From: an uncultured Prevotellaceae bacterium
GTDB lineage: Bacteria; Bacteroidota; Bacteroidia; Bacteroidales; Bacteroidaceae
Assembly: GCA_945831805.1 (NCBI GenBank)
Contig: CAMADY010000001.1
Coordinates: forward strand, 5,529 to 69,528
Length of the DNA: 64,000 bases
Direction: 5' to 3'
Made by a program: the position numbers and the translations under genes. Below the pieces are notes generated by a model. The model saw only the letters and a program-made list of their open reading frames with translations. It did no database searches and was not told where the DNA came from. Shown here in pieces: positions 49,060 to 58,211 of the stretch; positions within the stretch are counted from its first letter, which is position 1, and each line of letters begins with the position of its first letter.

Positions 49060-50166
49060 TTGTATCTAAAGACTCTATCAATACTGAATTATAAGAACAT
49101 TGAAGCAGCTGACCTGGAGTTCTCCTCCAAGATCAACTGCTTCATAGGCGACAACGGCGTGGGGAAGACTAATCTTCTCGACGCCGTATATTTCTTGTCC
49201 TTCACCCACTCAATGTTCGGAAACATCGACTCGCAGATGATACGCCATGAGGCGGACTTCTTCATGCTTCAGGGTACGTATTCACATGATGACGGCGAGA
49301 CGGAGGAAGAGATCTATGCCGGCATGAAGCGTGGGACAAAAAAGTCCTTCAAGCGCAACAAGAAGGCATACAAGAAGTTGTCGGAGCATATTGGACTGCT
49401 GCCACTCATCATCGTCTCACCGGACGATGTGACGCTAATCTCCGGAGGCAGCGAGGAGCGCCGCAAGTTCCTCGACATCGTCATTGCCCAGTACGACAAC
49501 ACATACATCGATTACCTCAACCGATACAACAAGGCTCTGCAACAGCGCAACACCCTCCTGAAGATGGAGGAGGAGCCCGATGCCCTGCTCCTCGCATTAT
49601 GGGAGGAGGAGATGGCGCAGAACGGAGAGGCTATCCACCAGAAGCGAAAGGATTTCGTGGAACGCTTCATACCTGTCTTCAACGCTATCTATCAGCGTAT
49701 CAGCGGACAGAAGGAGAGCGTATCACTCAGATATACATCACATTGTGACAGAGGGCCACTCCTCGACGTCATACAGCGTGACCGCCATAAGGACCGTGCC
49801 GTAGGCTATTCGCTTCACGGCATCCATCGCGATGACCTCGAAATGCTCATCGACGGTTACCCAATGAAGCGTGAGGGCAGCCAGGGACAGACGAAGACAT
49901 ACGTCATATCCCTGAAGCTTGCGCAGTTCGATTTCCTAAGACAGACCATGAGTGCCACAACGCCGCTGCTGCTGCTCGACGATATCTTCGACAAGCTCGA
50001 CGCAAAGCGTGTGGAACAGATTGTTCAGATGGTGGCGGGCGAGGACTTCGGACAGATATTCATCACCGATACGAACCGCGAGCATCTCGACAGGATACTC
50101 TCAAACAGCACGTTCCACTATCATCTCTATACTGTCTCTGATGGACAGATACAACTGAAATCGTAA
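49060..50166 (+). CDS. recF: DNA replication/repair protein RecF
   Basis: GDNGVGKTNLLDA, ERRKFLD, GIHRDD, GSQGQ and LLLDDIFDKLD; TTG start. Confidence 0.95.
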   Translation: MYLKTLSILNYKNIEAADLEFSSKINCFIGDNGVGKTNLLDAVYFLSFTHSMFGNIDSQMIRHEADFFMLQGTYSHDDGETEEEIYAGMKRGTKKSFKRNKKAYKKLSEHIGLLPLIIVSPDDVTLISGGSEERRKFLDIVIAQYDNTYIDYLNRYNKALQQRNTLLKMEEEPDALLLALWEEEMAQNGEAIHQKRKDFVERFIPVFNAIYQRISGQKESVSLRYTSHCDRGPLLDVIQRDRHKDRAVGYSLHGIHRDDLEMLIDGYPMKREGSQGQTKTYVISLKLAQFDFLRQTMSATTPLLLLDDIFDKLDAKRVEQIVQMVAGEDFGQIFITDTNREHLDRILSNSTFHYHLYTVSDGQIQLKS

Positions 50167-50168
50167 GA

Positions 50169-50459
50169 ATGTTCAAAAGACATCCACAGCATCTACAGGA
50201 TTTGGTAAAGGCGTTTATGCGTAATAATGGACTTGAGACGCCTTATCTGCAGCGTCAGCTCATCGCTTCATGGCCGGACGTTGCAGGGGCTGTCTATGCG
50301 CAAAATACCGAAGATCTGCAGATACGCAACCAGACGTTGTGGGTGAAGATTATGAACCCTGCCGTGAGGGCAGACCTGCAGATGAACCGCACCAACCTCG
50401 TAGCCCAGTTGAATGCTCAGGTAGGTGCACAGATTATCACCGACATCAGGGTGTATTGA
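50169..50459 (+). CDS. DUF721 (DciA-like) protein
   Basis: 96 aa directly after recF; W..VAG and TLWVKI..PAVRADL pattern. Confidence 0.8.
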   Translation: MFKRHPQHLQDLVKAFMRNNGLETPYLQRQLIASWPDVAGAVYAQNTEDLQIRNQTLWVKIMNPAVRADLQMNRTNLVAQLNAQVGAQIITDIRVY

Positions 50460-50517
50460 TGTCAAATGATAATCAGAATGCAAAAAGTATTTTTATTTAA
50501 CAGCTCTCGTTGTTTCC

Positions 50518-53400
50518 TTAACAGAAATTCCTGAACGGACAGTTCGTGCACTGCTTGGTGTCTGCGCAGCGATGGAACGGCGTGTTCTTGTCGAGAATGT
50601 GCTCTATAAGCTGGCGGATATTGTCCATGAACTCCTCGCGCAGAGGCATGATGTCATCGATAGGCTGGCGGCTGACGGACAGCTTTGGAGAGAAGTCCGG
50701 GGAGTCTGCCTTGACAGGGTAGAGGAGCATCGGCATGACCTTGTGGACGGTGGAGTAGCTGTTGCGTATGATGCATGAGTACAGCATAGCCTGAAGGAAA
50801 TAGTCTGCATGTCCCGTCATCTTTTCAAGTGAGAAGATTGTAGGGATGTCCTTTATCGTGAGTTTCTCGTAACGGCCTGTCTTATAGTCTATAATACGTA
50901 TCGTGTCGTCACAGATGTCGAGGCGGTCTATAATACCTCCTACGGTGAATGTCTTTTCGCCGAATGGTGTCGTGGCAACGACCTTGCCGTATGCCTTGTG
51001 CTCCAGTCCCTCAATGATGAACGGTGCATTGCGGAGGTCGTAGCGCAGTAGCTTCAGCAGGAAACGGTGAACCATCTCACGGTTTAGAATCTGCAGTCCG
51101 CCCATGCGTGGGGTAGGGCGTGAGGAGTCCTTGAGGTTGAAGAGAATCTCGCGGAATGCCTGGTCTATATAGCGCATGAGCAGTGGCTGTGCCGATGGCT
51201 TGAGCATATCCTCGATGATGCCTTTCGTTACCTGCTTTCCTATAAAAGGCGTGTAGAGCAGTTCTGCCGCACGGTGGAAGATGTCGCCGAACGCCTTGGC
51301 ATCCATCTCCTCTTCGTCGTCATCCTTATTGTCGCTGATTCCGAGGATGTGCTTGAAGTAGAACTTCATAGGACAGCGAAGGAATGAGCCGAGTGCCGAT
51401 GGCGAGAAGAATCCCTTGTCGATGAGCTGCTGAAGCATCTCGTCGGTCTTCTCTACTACGGTTTCGGCTTCGCGTGTCGCCTCGCCCTGACCGGGCTTCA
51501 GTGCCTTGCGCGATATTTTTAGCGGACTCTCTGCAAGCATCTGCAGCATGAAGCGTGACATTTCGCCTGACTGCGTGTCGGAGGTGGAACTGTTGTAGGT
51601 CACCTCAATGTCGTTGGCTCTCTGGAGGAGTCGGTGAAAATAGTAGGCGTAGATGGCTACCTTGTTGTCTATCGTGGTGAGTCCGAACGACTTGCGTATG
51701 GAGTGAGGAATGAACGACGAGTCGCTGACCTTTGCAGGAAGCTTGCCTTCGTTGCATGAGAGAAGAAGCATGTGGTCGAAGTCCAGGTTGCGCGTTTCGA
51801 GAATTCCCATCACCTGTATGCCGATTATCGGTTCGCCGTGGAACGGTATCGTGGTGGTCTGGATAATCTGCGTTATGAGCTTCTGGTAGAGCGAGAAGGA
51901 CCATTGCTCTAGTGGCTGTGCTGCGAGACGGTTGAGTATGGTGTATATACGGAAGAGTGCCTCGCTGATGAGTGGCGACTGCTCCTCCTGCCGCTGTGCT
52001 ATGAGCTTTACGAGCCATATCAGACGCTGGTTGATCTCCGTGCAGTCGTCAGTGTTGCGAAGGGGAGTGAAGAGCTGAAGCAGGTTCTCGTCTTTGTTAA
52101 CGTCTTCGTTTTCGTTTTCGTCTTCGTTTTCGTAGTGCAGCGTTTCATCTTCGTTTTCGTTCACAACACAGAGATCGTCGAGGGTAGGGTAGAATATCTT
52201 TTGCTTGTTGATGGTGGCATACACCTCGTCAACGCCCGATGAGATGTACCGTGCGAGGGGATGGCGCAGTATAGGGTTGACGGTGCGAAGCTTGTACGTT
52301 GACCTCTGCAGCATCTGTGCTACGAGGCTTACGAGCGATGCTACCGAGGTCTGTGCCAGAGGATAGCCCGTTGTGATGTTGACGTGCTCCACGCTCTCGG
52401 GAAGGCAGTGAAGCACAGTCTCCAGGAGCGACTCGTCAGCCAGTACGATAGCCGTCTTGCGACCAGCATTGATGCGTTCGGGCGTGAGCCATTCGTGGAT
52501 GTATCGAGCCTGCAGGTCTTCCGTCGGCGAAGAGATGAAGGTGACGTCCTTCTGCTTTGTGAAGGTGCTGTACGTCGGATGGTCGGTAGGCAGCTCGTTA
52601 GGGAACTGCTGGAGATGCTCCTTGATGAAGCGGCCTGCCTCGTTGTCGGTGAGGTAGTAGTGGTCGAAGTCCCAATAGAAGAAGGCGTCCGACGACTGCT
52701 TCACCATGGCGAAGAGCTTCTGTTCCACGTCGTTGAGAAGGTTGAAACCGACGAAGATGTACTTTTGTGCGGATGGTGATGCGGTGTCGGCAGTAAAAAG
52801 TGCATTACCTTCTATCACGCTACGGTAGAGAAGTCCCTCGTAGGCTATGCCTTGTGAGAGGAGGCGCTCGCGATAGTCGCTATAGATGTCGCCGATTTTG
52901 TTCCATAGCTGAAGGAAACGCTGCTTGAGACGACTGTCATGGTCGTCGGTGAAGTTGCGGAAGAACTGTTTGAGGACTTCTATCTGCTCCTTTTCGAGGA
53001 ACGTCCAGTCGTCCATTTCGTGGATGTTGCTAAGGAGGATGAAGACCTTGTCGGCAGGAGCGAGGTGCTTGTCGATGTCGTCGAAGTCGGAGAGCATCAT
53101 CTCACCCCATGGGTAGAACTGGTCGAGGGTCTCCTGCGAGCCCGTAACCTTGACGTAACTCTCGTAAAGTTGGCAGACAAGCGTTATTCTATCTGCAAGG
53201 GCGAGGGTGGAGTTTTGGCAGAAGAGTTCGCTGATGGTGGTGTAGCGAGGGCTCCATACAGGACCGTCACACTGCTCTGCAAGGGCGGTGTTGAAGAATA
53301 GTGATGCTCGTTTGTTTGGGAATACGATGGTGAGCTGTGCAAGGTCTGTGCCGTGCTTATGTAGAATGTCTTTTACGACAATGTCGAGGAATGTGGTCAT
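50518..53400 (-). CDS. AddB-like inactive helicase / PD-(D/E)XK nuclease
   Basis: IVFPNKRA, MGILETRNLDF, SPSAL..FLRCP, GIIDRLD, IIDYKTG and a C-terminal Cys cluster (likely Fe-S). Confidence 0.85.
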   Translation of the reverse strand: MTTFLDIVVKDILHKHGTDLAQLTIVFPNKRASLFFNTALAEQCDGPVWSPRYTTISELFCQNSTLALADRITLVCQLYESYVKVTGSQETLDQFYPWGEMMLSDFDDIDKHLAPADKVFILLSNIHEMDDWTFLEKEQIEVLKQFFRNFTDDHDSRLKQRFLQLWNKIGDIYSDYRERLLSQGIAYEGLLYRSVIEGNALFTADTASPSAQKYIFVGFNLLNDVEQKLFAMVKQSSDAFFYWDFDHYYLTDNEAGRFIKEHLQQFPNELPTDHPTYSTFTKQKDVTFISSPTEDLQARYIHEWLTPERINAGRKTAIVLADESLLETVLHCLPESVEHVNITTGYPLAQTSVASLVSLVAQMLQRSTYKLRTVNPILRHPLARYISSGVDEVYATINKQKIFYPTLDDLCVVNENEDETLHYENEDENENEDVNKDENLLQLFTPLRNTDDCTEINQRLIWLVKLIAQRQEEQSPLISEALFRIYTILNRLAAQPLEQWSFSLYQKLITQIIQTTTIPFHGEPIIGIQVMGILETRNLDFDHMLLLSCNEGKLPAKVSDSSFIPHSIRKSFGLTTIDNKVAIYAYYFHRLLQRANDIEVTYNSSTSDTQSGEMSRFMLQMLAESPLKISRKALKPGQGEATREAETVVEKTDEMLQQLIDKGFFSPSALGSFLRCPMKFYFKHILGISDNKDDDEEEMDAKAFGDIFHRAAELLYTPFIGKQVTKGIIEDMLKPSAQPLLMRYIDQAFREILFNLKDSSRPTPRMGGLQILNREMVHRFLLKLLRYDLRNAPFIIEGLEHKAYGKVVATTPFGEKTFTVGGIIDRLDICDDTIRIIDYKTGRYEKLTIKDIPTIFSLEKMTGHADYFLQAMLYSCIIRNSYSTVHKVMPMLLYPVKADSPDFSPKLSVSRQPIDDIMPLREEFMDNIRQLIEHILDKNTPFHRCADTKQCTNCPFRNFC

Positions 53401-53439
53401 TGGGTGATGAGGGTTGTTGGGTTCGTTCGTTTTGATATA

Positions 53440-53509
53440 TTGCCCGGGTATGTGTAACCTATTTATTTCAATGATGTTGCCGGGGTATGTGTAACCTATT
53501 TTATTTCAA
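53440..53509. repeat. Imperfect 37-bp-spaced tandem duplication covering the AddA-like stop codon
   Basis: TTGCC(C/G)GGGTATGTGTAACCTATTT(T)ATTTCAA at 53440 and 53477. Confidence 0.85.
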
Positions 53510-56500
53510 CAATCTTATTGAGGGAGACGTACCATAGGTAACCCCTGACGTTAGGCATGTTCATCTTCTGGAGGAGATGCATGTAGTCAAGAACCTGCGC
53601 ACGGTATGGGTCGTGAGGCACACCGAACTTGAAGTCGATGACGATGGTCTCGCTGCCATCGGTGATGACACGGTCGGGACGATGCTCTCCTGATGGCGTT
53701 ATGATGGTACACTCGTTATATACCTTCCACCTTGGTGAGAACCAGTCTGCCACCTGCGGATCCTTGAACTTGTCCATGATATCATTGACGATCTGCTGGT
53801 GCGTCATGTCTTCGCCATAGAGCGTGCCGTCGAACTCCATGCGACGCAGCGTAGGCTCCAGGTCGTCGAGGGTGTTGATGAGCGAGAACACCTGATGCAT
53901 GACGGTTCCCATGCGGATGTAGCGCTGGCGGTCGGTCTCGTCGATGCTGTCGTCGGCAAAGCGTCGGCTGTCGTTGCTCTGACGGAACTCCGCAGTGCTC
54001 TCAACGGAACGGAAGGCGACGGGGATGTTGGTGACGTTGGGCTCGAAGACGTTTGCACTCTCGGACGACTCTTCATGAGCGGACTTCGTGATTGGAAGTG
54101 AGCCGTAGATTACCTCGATGGCTTTTGCATCGTCTTTTTCATACTCATGTATATGAACCTCCTGACCGTCAATCTCTGATGGCAGCAGCTCTATTGCCTT
54201 GCTGAGCATCTGCGAACGGTTGAATTTATCCGTGGTGTTCTCTCCTATTATGAATAAGGAGTGGCAGGCACGCGTCATTGCAACGTAGAGGAGGTTGAGG
54301 TTGTCAACGACATTCTGCACGTATTCTTCGTGTCCGAATGGTTCGAAGACGGTGTTCTCGAACGATTTGCTGCTCTTGTAGTCAACGGGAATGACAGGAA
54401 GCTTGCTGAAAGGTTCCTGCGTCGGCGTGGTCCATATCGTCGTTGCCACCTCCGGGTCACCATTCCAGTTGAAGTATGGCAGTATGACATGCGAGAACTC
54501 CAATCCCTTACTCTTGTGGATGGTGAGGATTCGTACGCCGTCGGACTCTGCTGCCTCAATGGTCTTGGAGGAGATGTCGTCGTCCCATGCCTCAAGGAAG
54601 TCTTCGAGGAGTGGTGACTTCTCCGTGGAGAACTTCTGGAGACTGTCGAAGAATGCCGTGAGGTATGCGCCCTGGTCGGTCATTTCGTCAAGGCGGAATA
54701 TGCCGATGAGTCTCTCCGCAAGGTCGTGCAGTGAGAGTGCGGACAGCTCCTTCGTGTAATTGGTGAAGAGCAAAGGGATGTCTGTTGCAAGGTCATGGCG
54801 GAGAGCCATCTCTGAGAGCATGTCGGAAGGGTTGAGAATGATTCGCATGGCATTGATGACGATGCGTACTGCCAGTGAGGCATCAAGGCGGAATGCCTCG
54901 GCAGAGACGATGTGAATCAGTCCGTCGCTCTCCTCTTCAATAAACTTCGCGAGGGTCGGAATCTGCTTCTTCTTGCGCATGAGGATGGCGATGTCCTTCT
55001 GCGGAATGCCTTTATCGACAAGGTCTTTTATTAACTCAAAGGTCTTTTGCTGCATGAGGGCATTCATATCGTCGGTGAGTTTCTGTGACGGCAGCATGTC
55101 GATGTGTACTAGTCCCGTGGTACCGGCGTGGTTGTCGGGAATGAGCTGCTCGACATCGGCGTAGGCCTTCTTTAGACTTGCTGCCTTCTCTGCATCAAGT
55201 TCAGCCAGTGCCTCCACCTCAAGGTCGGCAATGAGGCGCAATATGGTGTTGTTGAAGTTTATGACGTTGCGGCAGGAACGCCAGTTGGTCTTCTTTGGCT
55301 GATGGTCAATCTCACCCTCGGAAAACTCCTTGTCGATGTCGTTGAGGAGTCGCCAGTCACCGGAACGGAAACGGTAGATGCTCTGCTTGACATCACCTAC
55401 GATGAGGTTCTGGTTGCCATGGCTCATGCAGTCTCTCAACAGCGTCTTGAAGTTTGCCCACTGTATGGTGCTGGTATCCTGGAACTCATCTATCATGACA
55501 TGCTCCAGATATGCTCCGATCTTCTCGAAGATGAAGGGTGAGTCATTCTCGCCGATAATCTCGTGGAGCATGCTCTGTGTGTCGCTGAGCATGAAGCGCT
55601 GGGAGGCCTCGTTAAGGTCGTGCGCGGACTCCTCAATCTTGTGTAGGAGGCTCAGGTCGTCGAGGTGGCTGAGGGTGAGATGTGCCGACTTACAGAATAT
55701 GACATCCTTCATTCGCTGCTCCTCCGTCTCGCGCATTGTCGGCATAAGGTGACGCTCCGCAAGAAGTGAGATGGCTTCCTTCTTCTTTGAGGTCTTGGTG
55801 TACCATTTCGTGGCATCGTCCATGGCGTTCTGCATGGTGCTGGTGAAGAAGTCGTCTGCGTCGAAAAGTCCCTTTGACAGCTTGACGAAATAACCTATAG
55901 GACCTGTTGACTTGCGTGCGAAGTCATCTACCTCTATGCTCTCGCCAGTTGTATTCTTCTCTGCATTAACGCAGAGCTGCAACATCTTTGTACCTAATGA
56001 GATATAATGCTTTCTCAGTTGCTTTACTTTAAGTATCAGCTGCTTGCGGAAATCGTTGATGAAATCAGGATTGCGAAGCACATCGTTGAGCTCCTTGCGC
56101 TTCATCTTGTAGGTCTCTTCAAAGATTGTGGTTCCGAACTTCTTGATGTTGGAAGTGATGTTCCAACGGCCTTTCTCATCCATGTTGTATTCTATGTAAC
56201 CCATGATGGATTTCATGAGTTCGGCATCGTCGGGGATGGAGTCGATGAGGCTATCGACCGCCTCGCTGACAACCTCCTTCGTGTTGAGACCCACACGCAG
56301 ATTGGCATTGAGCTGGAGTTCCCTGGCAAGATTGCGGAGGACGCTCTGGAAGAAGGTGTCGATGGTCTGAACCTTGAAGAAATGATAGTTGTGGAGAAGG
56401 TTGTGAAGGGCACGGCGGGCATTCTCGGATACCTGCTTCTCTGACAGTTGGAGGGAGGTAGTCACCTCCTTCATGTAACCCTCGGAAGAAGGCAGCTGCT

Positions 56501-56723
56501 TCCATAGGCCGTAGAGCTGCGAGAGAATACGCATCTTCATTTCTTCTGTAGCCTTGTTGGTGAAGGTTACAGCAAGGATGCCCTCGTATGCCCAAGGGTT
56601 GTTGATGAGGAGCTTTATGTATTCTACGGCAAGGGTGAACGTCTTACCACTTCCGGCACTAGCCTTATAGACGGTGAGTGTAGGATTGGTGGAGGCTGAG
56701 GATGGAAAAATGTCTTTCGCCAT
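53496..56723 (-). CDS. AddA-like UvrD helicase-nuclease
   Basis: ASAGSGKT, IDEFQD, VGDVKQSIYRFR, TIHKSKGLEF, LYVAMTRA and C-terminal RPDR/IDFK nuclease motifs. Confidence 0.9.
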   Translation of the reverse strand: MAKDIFPSSASTNPTLTVYKASAGSGKTFTLAVEYIKLLINNPWAYEGILAVTFTNKATEEMKMRILSQLYGLWKQLPSSEGYMKEVTTSLQLSEKQVSENARRALHNLLHNYHFFKVQTIDTFFQSVLRNLARELQLNANLRVGLNTKEVVSEAVDSLIDSIPDDAELMKSIMGYIEYNMDEKGRWNITSNIKKFGTTIFEETYKMKRKELNDVLRNPDFINDFRKQLILKVKQLRKHYISLGTKMLQLCVNAEKNTTGESIEVDDFARKSTGPIGYFVKLSKGLFDADDFFTSTMQNAMDDATKWYTKTSKKKEAISLLAERHLMPTMRETEEQRMKDVIFCKSAHLTLSHLDDLSLLHKIEESAHDLNEASQRFMLSDTQSMLHEIIGENDSPFIFEKIGAYLEHVMIDEFQDTSTIQWANFKTLLRDCMSHGNQNLIVGDVKQSIYRFRSGDWRLLNDIDKEFSEGEIDHQPKKTNWRSCRNVINFNNTILRLIADLEVEALAELDAEKAASLKKAYADVEQLIPDNHAGTTGLVHIDMLPSQKLTDDMNALMQQKTFELIKDLVDKGIPQKDIAILMRKKKQIPTLAKFIEEESDGLIHIVSAEAFRLDASLAVRIVINAMRIILNPSDMLSEMALRHDLATDIPLLFTNYTKELSALSLHDLAERLIGIFRLDEMTDQGAYLTAFFDSLQKFSTEKSPLLEDFLEAWDDDISSKTIEAAESDGVRILTIHKSKGLEFSHVILPYFNWNGDPEVATTIWTTPTQEPFSKLPVIPVDYKSSKSFENTVFEPFGHEEYVQNVVDNLNLLYVAMTRACHSLFIIGENTTDKFNRSQMLSKAIELLPSEIDGQEVHIHEYEKDDAKAIEVIYGSLPITKSAHEESSESANVFEPNVTNIPVAFRSVESTAEFRQSNDSRRFADDSIDETDRQRYIRMGTVMHQVFSLINTLDDLEPTLRRMEFDGTLYGEDMTHQQIVNDIMDKFKDPQVADWFSPRWKVYNECTIITPSGEHRPDRVITDGSETIVIDFKFGVPHDPYRAQVLDYMHLLQKMNMPNVRGYLWYVSLNKIVEIK

Positions 56724-56779
56724 GTATCGATTTGTTAGAAAACGGGTGTTTATTTATTTAATTCTTCTTAAAATTATGG

Positions 56780-56828
56780 CAAAGGTAGGTATTTTTTTTG
56801 GAAATACCATATTTTTTTGTTACTTTTG
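56780..56828. promoter_or_regulatory. Overlapping divergent promoters (AddAB-like genes / MBL hydrolase)
   Basis: Minus-strand TACCTTTG at 56780-56787; plus-strand TTTG (56797-56800), 20 nt spacer, TACTTTTG (56821-56828). Confidence 0.7.
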
Positions 56829-56846
56829 CACAAATTTTAAATTAAA

Positions 56847-57650
56847 ATGCTCAAATTCTTGTCTCTTGGCAGCGGGAGTAGCGGAAATTGTTACTATCTC
56901 CAGACAGCCAGTGACGCTCTGCTGATAGATGCAGGTGTGGGTGTGCGCAATGTGAAGAAATTCATGCACTCGTACGGTCTGTCACTCGAAAGCGTCAAAC
57001 ATATATTGATTACTCATGATCATGCTGACCACATCAAGACCGTCGGCGTGCTCAGTTCGGAATATGGTATTCCTGTCTATGCAACGAAAGAGGTTCACGC
57101 AGGCATCCAACGCAACTATTGCGTGCAGAAGAAGGTTCCGGAGAATAACGTAAAGGTGATGGACAAGGGAGAACGCACAAAGATTGGCGACTTCTATGTC
57201 ACATCGTTTGCTGTGCCTCATGACAGCTCTGGCAATGTGGGATACCGTATAGAAGCCGAGGGCGTGACGTTCTGCCTTATGACCGACGTGGGACATGTGA
57301 CGGAGGAGATGCAGCAGTTCATCGGCGAGGCGAACTACCTCGTGCTGGAAGCGAACTACGATACCGAGATGCTTAAGAACGGACCTTATCCGCAGCATCT
57401 GAAGGTAAGGATTGACGGTCCTACGGGACATCTCTCAAACAAGGACTGCGGCGAGGCTATTGCCAATTTTGCCACCAGCGAACTGAAGCACGTATGGCTC
57501 TGTCACCTCAGCGAGGAGAACAACCATCCGGTGCTTGCACTGAAGACAGTGGAGATGACGCTGAGGGGATATGGCATTATTGCAGGAAAAGACTTCCTCG
57601 TGGAGGACCTGAAGCGCAAGACACCATCTCGGATTTTCGAACTGGTTTAA
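56847..57650 (+). CDS. MBL-fold metallo-hydrolase (YycJ/WalJ-like)
   Basis: SGSSGNC, THDHADH, PHD, LEANYD, GHLSN and HLSEENN. Confidence 0.88.
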   Translation: MLKFLSLGSGSSGNCYYLQTASDALLIDAGVGVRNVKKFMHSYGLSLESVKHILITHDHADHIKTVGVLSSEYGIPVYATKEVHAGIQRNYCVQKKVPENNVKVMDKGERTKIGDFYVTSFAVPHDSSGNVGYRIEAEGVTFCLMTDVGHVTEEMQQFIGEANYLVLEANYDTEMLKNGPYPQHLKVRIDGPTGHLSNKDCGEAIANFATSELKHVWLCHLSEENNHPVLALKTVEMTLRGYGIIAGKDFLVEDLKRKTPSRIFELV

Positions 57651-57753
57651 ACCTTGATGCGGACAGGGCGTCATAGAAATAAACAGACAGGGAAAGCGTA
57701 GCGCTTCCCGCTTGAAGATTGATTCCTATAATATTAAATAAGGAGAAAAGAAA

Positions 57754-58140
57754 ATGAAACAGAAAATACTGATGATTGTTGCCCTCCTGGGCATCACTCT
57801 CGCATCATTTGCCCAGAAGGCAGAGATACGCTTTGACAAGACAAGCCATAACTATGGCACGTTCTCAGAGGCTAATCCTATCGTGAAGTGTACATTCACA
57901 TTCACCAATACCGGAGATGCTCCGCTGATTATCAATCAGGCTGTGGCATCGTGCGGATGTACAGTTCCTAAATATACCAAGACTCCGGTGAAGCCAGGAG
58001 AGAAGGGAACCGTAGAGGTGACGTACAATGGTAAGGGCAAGTTCCCTGGTCACTTCAAGAAGACGATCACGGTACGTACAAACGGTACACCGGAGATGGT
58101 TCGCCTGTATATAGAGGGCGACATGACGGAGGCAAAGTAA
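57754..58140 (+). CDS. DUF1573 domain secreted protein
   Basis: Signal peptide, FTFTNTGDAPLII..ASCGCT.P and PVKPGEKG. Confidence 0.88.
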   Translation: MKQKILMIVALLGITLASFAQKAEIRFDKTSHNYGTFSEANPIVKCTFTFTNTGDAPLIINQAVASCGCTVPKYTKTPVKPGEKGTVEVTYNGKGKFPGHFKKTITVRTNGTPEMVRLYIEGDMTEAK

Positions 58141-58211
58141 AAAATGCTGATTACCAAGTGATAATACGTAAGGTAATTAGTATTTAAGGAAAAAACTTAT
58201 TAGTTATTTGC

